The notes under the pieces are model-generated. The model saw nothing but the letters and a program-made list of their open reading frames with translations. It was not told where the DNA came from and made no database searches. 64,000 nt of DNA from contig OZ024741.1 of the NCBI GenBank assembly GCA_964016885.1, positions 81,344,001 to 81,408,000 on the forward strand, read 5' to 3'. The DNA is from Eledone cirrhosa (Eukaryota). Shown piece by piece: positions 1 through 13,769 of the stretch. A program made the translations under genes and the position numbers. Within the stretch, counting starts at the first letter, position 1. Every line of letters begins with the position of its first letter.

Positions 1-1092
1 GGTGTTGATCTCAAAATAAATAATATTAAAATCTCATAGATTTGATATTAAAAATCTTATAGATTTGATAATTGTGAGGTAAAGCCTTTACCATGAAAAT
101 ATAATAGTATATAAGACTAATGTAAATACTAATGGGTTAAGATAACCCCTCTAGTGCTGATGCCACAATAAAATGCACCCAATAAAGTAGTTAGTGTTAA
201 GAAAGGCATCCAGCTGTAAAAAGCATGCCAAACAAAGTATGTATGTAAGCAACAGAGCTTCCAACCCACCTAGCAAGACAGTAGTTATCATTAAGTACTG
301 ACAATGGTGATGTTTAGTTTCAGATAAATGCTGATTGAGCTGATATATGATCAAGAGCATTTCAACCATGACCCTCTTCGTTTTTTTAACAAAGGCATGA
401 AAAACATTGTAGAGAAACAGTTAGACCAGATGTGAGAACCATTATACCTCATTTAATGTGACAACTTGGAGGGGGACAAATGGGGAAAGTCCTTGCAGAT
501 TCTTTCAATCAATGCTAAAATTTAAAACAAAATGTTAACCCTTTCATTTCCATACTTTTAATGAACACTGCCTGTTATTTTCAAATAACTTTGAAAATGA
601 TTGCGAATTTAGAAAGCTTTATGTATATAGCTAACTTTCTCATTAACTCCAAACATCCTGTAATGAGTTAGCATAAAATATCTGAAAACAGGTTTGTTTA
701 TTCAAATGTTTATAGTATGTTTACTAGTGAACAGATTGTAGTGAAAATTGAATTTTTAATGTAATGCAATCATAATGATGTTTTATATTTTTCAGAAAGT
801 CTTACTGATGCAGTACAGTTTGTTAAGAATTAAGTTGGTGTTTGGAGCATAACTTCAAAGTTCTTTCTTAAAAATATGATGGGATTTTTAAATACCATAT
901 ATACTAATGCAAAAGTAAACTTTTTGTAGACATTTTTTAATGTTAAATTTATGGAATCAACTATTAATTACATGGATACTACATTTGTGGGGTTGAAATT
1001 CAGACAAACCAAAAAGGACTAACTGAATAAAAACAAAATTTATCTAGGCATCAAAGCACACTTCCTACTATCAAAACACAAATACGGTCACA

Positions 1093-1803
1093 GAGGAACG
1101 AAGCTTGCATGCTCCGCTGGATGTGTAACAGTAATATACGTGAACGGCAAAGCATAAACGAACTAAGGAAAAAATTAGAGATAAGAGGGATCAGATGTTG
1201 TTTACTCGAGAGAAGGCTGCGTTGGTATGGACACGTGATGCGCATGAAAGTCGATAGCTGTATTACAAAGTGCAGGGCAATAAAGATAGACGGTAGCCAC
1301 GGAATAGGCAGACCTAGAAAAACATGGGATGAGCTGATAAACTCCGACCTCACACACTTACACCTCTCCAAGACAATGTCACTGGACCGTGACCTTTGGC
1401 GGTACTCAGTAACAGAGAAGACCCGCCTTGCCAGTAGGCATCTCTAACAAACTACACCCCGTCCCGCCACCACCACCACCCCATCCACACCACCCCGTTC
1501 TATGTAAAGTTATGTTGGTGCTGCGCCATCCAGGCCGAAACAAATGAGATCGTGTAGGTGTCACGACAAAAAAACACACAGTCCACGCTGTAATGTGGCC
1601 GTGTAGGCAACACGGTAAAAACCTCCCAGACCCACACTGTAAATGTGGTTGGTGTTAGGAAGGGCATCCAACTGTAGAAAACCTGCCAGACAGTCCTATG
1701 CGAGCAAGACAATCACTCTTGCCTCAAGTGGGACTACCCCCGTCCAAACCCATGCAAGAGTGGAACACGGACGTTAAACGTTGATGATGATGATGATGAT
1801 GAT
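1093..1803 (+). mobile_element. 5'-truncated RTE-clade LINE, family A (RT C-terminus, 3' UTR, (GAT)n tail)
   Basis: MLRWMC...RRLRWYGHVMR...GRPRKTW motif; (GAT)n tail; near-identical to 22171-22881. Confidence 0.9.
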
Positions 1804-2789
1804 ATACATACACACTCTCATGCAAGCAGGGAAAAGCAGATGTAGGATGATTATATATTTCCAATCACTCTTTTACTCCTTTATACTTGGCAAATTAACT
1901 AAATTTACTACCAGTAACTACATATCAGCTGAGCTTATATAAGAAATGATGGTGTGGTACACTGACCCAGTAATACTTATCTTAATTTCAGCCTAACTGC
2001 ACTGATACCTGTGTTTACATGAACAGCAAGCAGATGAAGCAGAAATGAAACATTTCCTACGAAATGGAATCAAGAGCAATGGTACATCTTGGTAATGCAG
2101 GCCAATATTTAGTGTAATTACTGGTATTTATAATAGTGATGTGGCCTTATTTATAATTTCTCAGCGAAGCAGTTAGTAAGATGATGTGCGTTTTGATGCG
2201 TACATCAGAACACAATAGTGCAGAAAATTAATTTCCCTATCATAACATTTATGACCAAGATAATACCATGATTCACAAATGTTGATCTGTTGTCCATTAG
2301 ATCAACTTTTGCATTCAGTAAATATAAATACTTTAACGCTTTTGATATCAAGCTGCCTGAAACTGCCCAATATTTATGATACAAAACTGCTCATTATAAA
2401 ATGTTTATCCTTATATTAAAACTGTCAGCCATGATTTTATTTTTAAATGTTTCTTAAGTAATGTTTTAAATATCAGCCTACTAATAGACAAATTATTTTA
2501 TGAAATTCCTTCAAACTTTTGGTAATTTTCAGAATTAATTGAAACACTTAGGCAGTGTATTTCATTAAAAATAATGAAAGGGTTTTAATAAACAGTCTAG
2601 TGTCATGAAATCAAAAGGGTTAAATCCTATAACAAAATGAAAAATATAAAAATGACAAGAAAGATGAAGGGGTAGGGGGTAATAAGTACAATAGAGTACC
2701 ACACTATTTTTGAAAAAAATTCTCTACACTGCCTTATCTTTTATTCCGAACAGAAAATACTTTTTTTGTACTTCAGTTCCAATTTCAAC

Positions 2790-3800
2790 AATTATCACTA
2801 TTACTATCATAATCATTGTTGCTATTATTATTATTATCACTATTATTAATATCTTTATTATTATCATTTGCTAGTAGTGAAAAAGATATTGTCTGCTTGC
2901 TTATCAAGCTGTTCTGTTTTCAATGAATTGGCTCCAACATCAAAATTTCTTTATTTTTGTGTAATAGATTATATTTACAATGATTATAGTAGTTGTGGCA
3001 GTGGTGATGGTGATGGTGTTGCTGATGTTGGCATTAGAGGTGGTAGTGGTGATGTTGGCATTAGGGGAAATAGTGGTGGTGATGGTGGAGGTAGTGCTAG
3101 CATTAGAGGTGATAGAGGTGATGGTGGTGATAATAATGCTGATAATTGTGGTAGTAGAGTAGGGATGGTTGTGGTGATAGTGATAATGATGATGATGGTA
3201 ATTGTGGTAGTAGTGTGATGGAGTTAGTGGTTAGGGGTGGTATCCATGGTTATGATTGTGGTAGTAGTATGATGGTGGTGGTTGTGGCAATGTTGATGAT
3301 TATGGAGATGACAATGATAGTGGTAGTGGTGTGATGGTGGTAGTGGTATGATGATGATATTAATGACTAAGAAAGCTAACAAAAAAAAAAGACATACCGC
3401 AATAGAAATAACAGTAAAAAAGTCCATAATGTTTATTATGATAATGATACATCTACTACAACAACAACTACCTTGACTACAACAACTACAATGATAATAA
3501 CAATTCCTTTATTAATGTTAACAATGAAAAAAAATGGCAATAATAGCTATAATGCCGATAACAATAATGAATATTAATAAGGATGCTAATCGTAATAATA
3601 ATAATGATAAAAAGAATAATAATAATGATAATTATAAGTAATAAATATCATCGTTTATAAAATCATAACACATGAAAAATAACAAATAATGATGGTAGTA
3701 ATAAAAATGATGATAATATGGATAATGATGATAATGACGACGATGATAATGATGAAAAAAAAAAAAATAATAATAATAATAATAAGGTAATTAGTAATAA
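2790..3800. repeat. Degenerate trinucleotide low-complexity region (ATT, GGT, GAT, AAT, ACA)
   Basis: Direct inspection. Confidence 0.85.
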
Positions 3801-4070
3801 AATTAATGGCTTATACTTTCATCGGATTCTTTCAAGCATTTAAAAAGTGAAAATTCTATTCACACATTTAACAAAATCCCCACTACCACACATATACATA
3901 CTTTTATATAATACATGTATTCACACATATATACACAAACGCATAGATACATACCTACATATGTACATATAATTCATATATGTGTGTGTGTGTGTGTATG
4001 AACACACAAACACATATTTGTATATCCATGTCTATTTATAATACATGCATATATACATACACATATGTAT

Positions 4071-4117
<47 letters not shown>

Positions 4118-4424
4118 TATGGATATGCATATAGATATATATATATATATATATGCATATCCATATGTCTATTTATAACCATGCGTATATATATTCATAT
4201 GCCTACATAGAATACATACGCATTGCCCCGCACACACACAAGTACATATTTACAAGTATAAATATATATATGCACACACACACATCATGTTATGCTGTTA
4301 TGCAGGCTGGCTTTGCAAGACGTTAAATACCATTTAATATTTTACAGCTTTTTATTAGTTTTCTATAAATGACAGCTTCGCGTTAAATAAAAGAGGCTGC
4401 TGTAATTACTGCACATACATACAC

Positions 4425-4757
4425 ATTCTCTTACTGATTTCAGTCATTAGACTATGGCCATGCTGGGGCACCGCCTTGATTTATACTTGATCATATCGAC
4501 CCAGAACTTTTTTTTTCATGTCGTGTACTTATTTTATCGATCCCAATTTTCTTGAACTGCTAAATTACAAGACATCAACATAGACACAAATACGTGGACA
4601 CACAGACACATATATAAACAGGCTTCTGCAGTTTTTGTCTACCAAATTCCACTCATAAGACATTGATCAACCCGAGGCTATAGTAGAAGACACTTGCCCA
4701 AGGTGCCACATAGTGAAACTGAACCCGGAACACATTGGTTGTGAAGCGAGCTGAGCT
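4425..4757 (-). mobile_element. Old tRNA-derived CORE-type SINE with CR1/L2-type tail
   Basis: The reverse complement contains ccttgggcaagtgtctt (CORE-like) and ends ggcggtgccccagcatggcc...gaaatcagtaaga, matching the LINE 3' end at 23054-23110. Confidence 0.65.
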
Positions 4758-5034
4758 ACATATATAAATATATATTAGCATCATCAAGTGTGTAAAATGC
4801 TAACGATGATGATATCCATAGGTGTATGTGCTTTTTTTCATATCACATATTTACACAAATACACACATAGACACATACATCTACTGTGTGTATATGATTT
4901 AGAATAGGTACACTGTATCCCTGCATGGCACCAAAAAGGACATGCAGCTGCAAAATCTTGTCTGAAAGACTTCATGTCATGGGGCTCGCAAGGTTATCCA
5001 CCGCTTTAGCATAGATAATGACCTTAAATCACAT

Positions 5035-5099
<65 letters not shown>

Positions 5100-6353
5100 C
5101 ACATACACATATATATATTATACATACACATCTGCATGTGCATATATATATATATATATATATACAACTACACATACACACACATGCCAAACAAGCATTG
5201 TAGAAGTATGAAAATAAATATATGTACTTGTCATGTTGCCAAGTTCACAAACTAGTTTCCAGTGGCCAGCTCCTATTTGCTAGTCTATAGCCAGCAGCCA
5301 CATCAATGCATTAAATTACATCACTAAAAAGCTAGCTGGACAACCATGAACACATGAACATCACCTGGACAGCATGAAAATATAACTCAGTCTCATTTAC
5401 CTAACACAATTCTTTGTGTATATTACTTGAATATAATACAACCCCTGTTCCTGAAGCTAAAAAAATAAATGTGCAATAAATTATATCATCGTAATTCTTA
5501 TGTCCAATTTTCCATGCTGGCATGAGCTGGATGGGATGTTTGGAGGCATACAGTCAAATGCCCTACCTGACACCAACCCTTTTAGTTGCCTCTTACAACA
5601 TGCTGGGATACGGTGTACAGTGTACCCTATTCTAGAAACCAAGATACACACGATATGGATCCTTGTGTATAATACTATTTCCGACTGCAACCATGCCTAT
5701 GTAATATTTTTTGTAAACTTATCTAGACGTCAAATTGGCAGAGTCATAAGAACGTCAGATAAAATGCTATGTGGTCTTCGTTCCAGCTCTCTATGCTCTG
5801 TGTTCAAATCATGCTGAAATCAACTTTGCCTTCCATCCTTTCGAGGTTGATAAAGTGTATCTTGTTCTCACTTTCCTCCTCTTCCTCCCTTGCTGGAAGA
5901 AATCAGCTGTGTTCAGATGTGGAGAGGGAAGGGTTTTGTTAGGTTTAAACATCAAGATATCACTATGGTGGTCTTATGAGACGATCACATGTTCAGGACC
6001 CACAAGTGAATGACTATGTTTTCTATATATTTCACTACAATATTAAGTTACTCATGACATTAAAGAATGTAAGAGGACTGGATGTTTAGCATTTTCTAAA
6101 CAATTATTACCAACATGTATTTGCAATTCTTGCCATTTGAAATGAACATTTTAAAGATGAGTAACAATTGCTGAAAACATATTACTGTATAATAATTCCA
6201 CCCCACCTTACTTTTAATTATAGTTCAAAATTTCTTGAAATCATTATATTCAAGAAAACACAGTATGTATCTGACATAGATAATGATGATGGCAATGAAG
6301 ATAACAGCAAATTATATTTATATATATATATTCAGTTATATGTGTGTGTGTGC

Positions 6354-6406
<53 letters not shown>

Positions 6407-7743
6407 GCTATGAAAACAAAAAGAAAAAAATGAAAGACTACTGACTACAAATACATGCTGTGAAAATAGCATATATGTATATATTTTATAATTACTAAAA
6501 GCTCTGCAATGAAACAATGAGTTCCCTTGGTACAGGCCTCTCATCACCAACTAACTGTTCACATTAGGAACTATATATTTAGAACAGGGTCAAATATATG
6601 TATGTATGTGTGTGTGCATGCATGTTTGTACATATACCAAGCATGGAACACGGATACAAAATGGTGACGATGATGATATAGAACACACCAGACTGTTTGC
6701 ATTAAAATAATTCTGCATCTTCTGCCACTGAGTTTAGAAAAAAGAAAGTAAAAATCTCAAAGATTCTTACATTAGAAATAGTCCCCAGTGAAATGGGATG
6801 GTGCTGACAGAGTAAACTACTTCCATGTCTTTCTATTAAATTTCAATACAATCCTGGATTTTGGAAGGGTTCAACCCTTTTGATATCAAACCATCTGAAA
6901 CTAGCCTTGATTTTATTATACAGAGTTGTTTATATAGAATAGGCACACTGTATCTTTTGTGCTGTAAGAGATGAGTAAAAAGCTTGGTTCCAGGAAGGGC
7001 ATAAAGACTATAAAACTTTGCCTCAAATAGAATCTTATGATAAGGATGAAGTCTGCCATGGGGCCCACATGGCTAACCCCTGTTTTAATAGGGAAAATAG
7101 CCTTTAAAAAACTTGTGTGGTGTTGTACCTAGGATTACATTATTTAACGTCTCTTTTTTTATTTTCATTCAAAGATAGTAGAGTGTGATGTGGAAATGAA
7201 GGCGCCTGGTTAGAGTATAAGACTCATGATCAAATAGACAAAAGTTTGATTCTGATTCTTGGACTGAGTAGTCCTTTGTGTAAGATGCTTCATTTCAAGT
7301 TTTTTCCTAACAAGCACCCTAGCGCTGGTGATATACACCCAGTTAATGCTGTAAAGCAGTCGGCATGGAAAGGACATCCAGCCACAGAAACTATACCAAA
7401 ATATGTTTGAAGGATTCTTCAGTCACATCCCATCAACGTCATAAAATCTTCTGTAGCAATGCTGCTACAATAAAATAATATTTAAAAAAATTAATAGAAG
7501 ATAATAATAGTTTCTAATAGAGGCTCAAGGACAGAAAGATGAAAGGAAAACTTAACATTGGTTGGATTTGAACTCAGAATATAAAGAGCCAGAACAAATA
7601 CTGCAAAGTATTTTGTCCAATACTTTATGTTAGAGAAATAGGGTGACAGTGAAAGTTAATTTATCTTTTCTTACTGTAGTTTATAACAGACCTTGTTTTG
7701 TTATAACTGATGTCCTTCAACTGCACAACTGAATTATAGAATC

Positions 7744-7780
7744 ACTTACCTGAAAGAAAGGAAACAGGGTTAGATAAAAT
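7744..7780 (-). promoter_or_regulatory. Candidate recursive splice site (ratchet point) in the MAN1A intron
   Basis: Minus strand reads ATTTTATCTAACCCTGTTTCCTTTCTTTCAG|GTAAGTGAT: CTAAC branch point, pyrimidine tract, and CAG directly followed by a consensus GTAAGT donor. Confidence 0.55.
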
Positions 7781-7809
7781 GTCAAGAAACAATTGAACAA
7801 AAGCAACAT

Positions 7810-8222
7810 AATTATTTCTACTTTTGGCACAAGGCCAGTAATTTCAAGGGAAGAGGAAAATCGATTAAATCAACCCCATCACCTGGCAGGTATTTTATTT
7901 CATTGACCCCATAAGATGAATGAAAGACAAAGCTAGCCATGGTGAGATTTGAACTCAGAATGTATAATAATAATAATGATTTCTACGATAGACACAAGGC
8001 CAGAAATTTTGGGGGAAGAGGAAAGTCGATTAAATCGACCCCGGTTGGTGCTTTATTTTATTGACCCTTAAGAATGAAAGGCAAAGTTGACCATAGCAGG
8101 ATTTGCATAGCAGAACCATAGACTGTAAAGTTAATAATAATCCTAACAATGGCACAAGGCCAGCAATTTGGAGGAAAAGAAAAGTCAATTATATCAACCC
8201 CAATACTTAACTGGTACTTGGG
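7810..8222 (-). mobile_element. Cluster of degraded family-2 SINE fragments
   Basis: Repeated cacaaggccag / gatgaaaggcaaagt / gatttgaactcag motifs. Confidence 0.65.
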
Positions 8223-9479
8223 GGCTGATATAATAATAATTTTAATGTCATGTCCATTAATATATATATAATTATTAGCTACTTCAAAAAAAAAGAAAAC
8301 AAAAAGAAAACATGCCATGCTATAAAGTTAGATATGGCCTGGGCCAATATTAGCTGAAAACCAAAGTTATATATTTACACACACAAACACACACAAGCAA
8401 ACATCAAGATTTGGCTGCTTTTTCTAGCAAGTCAAGTGACTACATAGAGGTTGTTCACTTATCTCAATGGCTGGTTGGTATGGGTGGTTTTGATTTGAAA
8501 CATCTGGCATATATTTAAATAACAGGAGTAAGGTGGGAGAAAAGCAAGGAGAGAGGGAATGAGAGAGAAAGACAGACAGAAAGAGAGATTTAGTTGGTAC
8601 ATTCAATAAGTTCAAGGAACTTATCAAAAAGATCCCTTGCTGTGTTTAACTCCAGATATTTTAAAACCTCCACCACTTTTTGTCATTTATTTTATTTTAT
8701 TTATATATATATATATATGAGGGTGCGTGACTTAGTAGTTAGGGTGCTCAGCTCCCAATCATAAAGTCATGTGTTTTGTCTTTAGCAATATGTTGTGTCC
8801 TCGAGTGAGACACTTTATTTCACATAAAAGTGTATATATATATGTGTGTGACAGAGAGAGAGAGAGGGTGGGCGGGCTGAATATTTGAACTTCACAGAAT
8901 GGAAAATAAGAATCACCTGGAACAACAAAACATAATCATCATCACAATCCTTATCAATGTCTAAGTATGTGTGTATATGTATATGTGTGTAAGCAGTGTA
9001 TATGCATATGTATGTGTATATATGCTAGCAGCTGGTAACTTATCTACAAGTCTGTTGTTCTAAAGTGATCACGATAAGTAATTTCCACTATTTACTGTGG
9101 CTGGATGTCCTTTCCATGCCGACTGCTTTACAGCATTAACTGGGTGTATATCACCAGCGCTAGGGTGCTTGTTAGGAAAAAACTTGAAATGAAGCATCTT
9201 ACACAAAGGACTACTCAGTCCAAGGGATTAGTAATGTTGGTTACATTACTAATCCCTTAACTCTTAATGGAATCATAGAAGTCCTGAGCCTCAGGCATTT
9301 TTAAACGGCCAATTCTTTCCAAAGGGTGGGAGGGGGGGCGGGGGGAGAAGAAATGTAAGATATAGGAATTAACCCTGAAAGGATAAAAGGCAAAGTTTAC
9401 CAGGTCATGATTTGAACTCAGTGCACAGAAACAGGATGAATATTCTAACACTTATCAATTCACATGCTAGCAACACATA

Positions 9480-9818
9480 TCTATATTACTAAAACAGAGA
9501 ATGTCTGTTTGGCTGTCTGTCCAATCACTAAAACTCGAGAACCACCCAACCGAGTTGGTCTATAATATGGTCTATAAATCCTGATAATGTACGACAAATT
9601 TTTTTTATAAGCACAAAATGTAGACACCAACCCGAGGCCGAGGTATTCCGTACTTCTCTGTACTGTTATTTATATATTCGTGTACAGATATTTTTGCATA
9701 CACAATAACAAAATATAAACAAACGTATTTACTTCACGAGGCTCAAGAAGGATAAATATATATCAAATATATAAGAAACCTAGAACAAATCCCGAGCAAC
9801 GCCAGGCCATTCTGCTAG
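9480..9818 (+). mobile_element. Non-autonomous Helitron
   Basis: A|TCTATATTACTAAAA 5' end; subterminal cccgagcaacgccagg hairpin-like motif and CTAG|T 3' end; no TSD. Confidence 0.8.
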
Positions 9819-10976
9819 TGTATATATAAAGTCAGAGCCTTTCTTGAGCCTAGAAGCTCTCATCAAAGTGGAGGTTATTTTGGTTTCATTTGGCATTCAG
9901 TAACTAAGATCTCCCTGGATGGGATGCCATTCTGTCTTAACCCTTTAGCATTTACATTACTCTTTATATACTATTGCATTTTTGTGGTAAAGGCTTTATC
10001 TTACATAATTACTTTGAGCAGAAAGAGGTGAGGAAATTCTGGTCGGATATGGCTGGTTTAAAGTCTCAAGTGTATAAGCTGAGGTGTGGCTGAATGATTA
10101 AGAAGCTGGCTTCAGAGCCATCTTCATCATCGTTATCATTATCATTTTACACATTTTTCCAGGTTTTAATAGGTTGAACAGGATATTATAGACCAAGTCA
10201 ATAATTAATTGGCGCTAGTCATTCTAGACAGGCCAGGGGCCATATTTCATTTGCATACATTCCAAGTTAAGCATGGTTTCTACAGCTGGATACTCCTAAT
10301 GCCAAACACTTTCCAGGGTGTAGTGGGCAACTCTTATCATGGCACCAGCAATACCTAAGTTGTAATGTCTTTGACATGACTGAAAAATTTCCCCAACCAT
10401 TTTTTTTTGCAAGTCTCTACATTTAGATGCTTTCACCAACCACTTTATAGAGTGCACTGGGCAGATTTTATTGTGGTACTAGGGAGGTTATCATGTCCTT
10501 GGCCCTTTGCTTGGGATAGTTTCTATAGATGGAAGCTCTTCCTATTACCAACCACTTTACTGAGATCACTGGGCACATTTTATTGTTGTGCCACTAGGGA
10601 GGCTGGTGTGTCTTTGATATGACTGACGAGTCCTCTTGAACTTAGTAAGTAGTTATATTTTGAATCATTGATAAAGCAATCTTCAATAGCAACACTGGAT
10701 AAGTATTTCAAAAACTTAAATTTAAAAGCCATCTAAAGAAATGACATAATAGAGTAAAACCAAGCTGAATGTATTCCAACAGCCTTACCCTACTCTTAGA
10801 TCAAAAGCTTAAATATAAGTGATGTAATCAAAAAGGAAAAGAAATGATTTTTTTATATATATATATATAATCTATTTTTTTAATGTACATATGTATCTGT
10901 GTTTGATCATCAGTTAAAGTCCATTTTTTCACACAAACACACACACACCAATGCATGCTAGCATAAAAGCAATAAT

Positions 10977-11158
10977 TGTTTCTACTTTAGGCACAAGGCC
11001 AGCAATTATCCAGTGCATTACTGGTACTTTATTTTATCGACCCCGTAAGGATGAAAGGCAAAGTCAACCTCGGCGGGATTTGAACTCAGATCGTAAAGGG
11101 ACGTAACTATGCTGGAAAGCATGGCGTCCGACCCTCTACCGATACTGCCAATCCACCG
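10977..11158 (-). mobile_element. tRNA-derived SINE, family 2, full length with 12-bp TSD
   Basis: A box (tggcagtatcgg), B box (gagttcaaatcc), body gcctttcatccttacggggtcgataaaataaagtaccag. TSD aaaagcaataat at 10965-10976 and 11159-11170. Confidence 0.9.
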
Positions 11159-11388
11159 AAAAGCAATAATGATATATATATATATATATATATAGTGTGT
11201 GTGTGTGACTATATATATATGAGAATTTAAAGAAGCATCAATACTGTTTGACTATGAAAAATAGCCTTATAAGTTGAATACAAAAACAATGTATACAACA
11301 CCTGACACACAAGCAGTGCCGTAGAAAATTTTTTCATCCAACCCATGCAAGCATGGAAAATTGAACATTAAAACGATGATGATGATTT

Positions 11389-11419
<31 letters not shown>

Positions 11420-11456
11420 ATGTGTTTGTGTGTGTCTATATATATGTATATATATA

Positions 11457-11793
11457 GAGGCACATGGCTTAGTGGTTACAGCATTGGCCTTGCAATCGAA
11501 AGGTTGTGAGTTCAATTCTCAGACCGGGTGATGTGTTGTTTCCTTGAGCAAGACACTTTATTTCACATTGCTCCAGTTTACTCAGCTGTAGAAATGAGAT
11601 GATAGGGACTGGGGTCCATATCATTCCACTGTAAAGTGGTCGTGGAGATGCCACGGCAAAAAAGCACCCAGCACTCACTGTAAATGAGGTTGGTGTTAGG
11701 AAGGGCATCCAGCTGTAGAAATCAAGCCAGAATCAGTTCCCATCCCACCCTTGCAAGCAGGGAAAAAGCGGACGTAAAATGAAATGATGATGA
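11457..11793 (+). mobile_element. tRNA-derived CORE-type SINE, family 1, with RTE-derived tail
   Basis: A box TGGCTTAGTGG, B box GAGTTCAATTC, CORE-like ccttgagcaagacactt...cagctgtagaaatg, tail cccacccttgcaagcaggg...gcggacgtaaaatga(GAT)n. Confidence 0.9.
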
Positions 11794-12569
11794 TATATTG
11801 TGTGTATGTATGTGTATACACAGGCGCATATACACAAACACACATACAAGCTGAGTTTTAAAATGATTACCTGATGGGAACACAGAAATCCTGTGCGTAG
11901 GCAAAGTAGTGCTTGATAAAACAACATATCTAAATAGGGATGAGGGAAAGAATGAAACAGAGGTGAAAGTGGGTGACATGGATCTGGGATGGAAACCCCA
12001 AAAATGTCCCCTACACATACATTTATTTTCAACCAATCAGATTTTCTGGCAACCGTTAGATTTTTTTTTCTATTATCTATATTATTTTTATTTATTTTGA
12101 ATCCTAATGGGAATGTAATTTTTTTTTTTAAATCAGATAAGGGCCATTTTGGAATATGTGCCCGCATATATTTCCACTACATTACATTGAACAGCAAAAC
12201 ATCAACAAGGATATTTTTTGTTCTTCCTTCTTTTTAGGTCTGGTTATTATTAACTTGAGTTTTATAGCATAAATTGGATAAGAGATAAGTCACCCCTTGG
12301 GTTCTAACAAATACATTATCAACACTTTTGATATCAAACTGCCTGAAACCACTTCTTTACCATTGCCACCATTTAACAGCTATTTTCAATGTTTGCATGG
12401 GTTAGATGGGTTGTAACTTATTGAGGTTAGTTAGGCCAGATGACCACATTTTGCTCATATGCTTCATTTTGGGCTTGGTTTTCTATGGCTAGATGCCCAT
12501 CCTAATGCCAACCACTTTACAGTGACAATATTACTACTAGTGTCAACTGGGTGCTTTTATTGTGGCAAC

Positions 12570-12607
<38 letters not shown>

Positions 12608-12712
12608 ATACACACACACACATACACACACATGAGATAAAGATACAGCTGTCTGCTTGTCTTATGTAATTTTGCACATTTTCTGATGATGCTATAAATA
12701 TCAATGCTAACT

Positions 12713-12743
<31 letters not shown>

Positions 12744-13769
12744 CCACCATCATTATCATCGGAACTGCAGAAAACAGATTGCAAGAGAAAGAAAGAGACC
12801 TGTATCTCTGAGAACTAGTTATTGAGGTTTGAAATGCTTGCTAATGTTAATATGATGCTCAGATGAAAAATTACAAGATGACAATTGAAAATAAGAAGGC
12901 TGGCGTCTCTCAGAACCACTGGATTAAGCACAATACGGTGTAATCTGAGGGTGATTTTACTGCCATTTCTGACAAGAGGCAAGCACATACAAGCTCACAT
13001 AGTGGCTGTAAACAAAAAAGAAATTGTAGAGCTAGCTATGTAGAACATGTACAGTACACCTTACGACTGGCAATTAATTGATTAGGTTAATTTAGAAAAT
13101 GGAGAAGACATATTTAAAGACTACTTCTCAACAGTCACTGCACATTCAATTAAAGAAAAGAGGTAATTAAATGGTCCTAATTGCAGTGAGGTGTATCAGG
13201 AGTAGTGAACATTGTAGCAACATAAACTGGAACATGTTTTATGGTGGTGGTAAAGAGAGGGGGGGGGGAGAAGAAGGAAAGAATAAGAGAAAGGGGAAAA
13301 AGAAAAAGGAAGAGAGAAAAATGAATTAATTGAAAAGAAAAGAAAGGAAGGCAAGAAGGAAAGTAAATGCCATGTTTAAATGGCAACATGTATAAATGTT
13401 TATAAATTAGTCAAAGGAAAAAACTTGTGTGGACTAAACAGTGATTATGTAAGAACATCTGATGTTTAGTCAGAATAGATATATCACTGATGTGTTAGAT
13501 ATAAGGGAAGGAGGATGTGTAGATATGGGAATGGAGGAGGAGGACCTAGTTGGATGGATGGATGGATAGATGGAAGGATAGATAGATAGGTAGATAGATG
13601 GGCAGGCAAGCAGACAGACTGACAGATAGGTGGATGGACACATTGATCAATAGATAGACAGATAAATAGATAAACAGACCAGTAGACAAATAGATAGTGA
13701 GGGGGAGAAAAGACTTCAAGACTAAAACAGGTTGATGAAATATTAATATATATATATATGAATACACAA

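Larger units (their letters stand above)
7258..9224. repeat. Perfect 130-bp inverted repeat pair (7258-7387 / 9095-9224)
   Basis: The arms read as exact reverse complements by eye. A 16-bp hairpin (9222-9258) abuts the right arm. Confidence 0.9.

Noticed and set aside
781-833. Plus-strand acceptor-like ttttcag followed by a short frame (SLTDAVQFVKN*)
   Set aside because: Too short, with no recognisable homology or supporting exons.
2868-3427. Gly/Asp-, Val- and His-rich ORFs
   Set aside because: Products of degenerate trinucleotide repeats.
11457-11530. tRNA-like sequence with a TGC anticodon-like loop
   Set aside because: It is the head of a multicopy SINE continuing into CORE; there is no proper acceptor stem.
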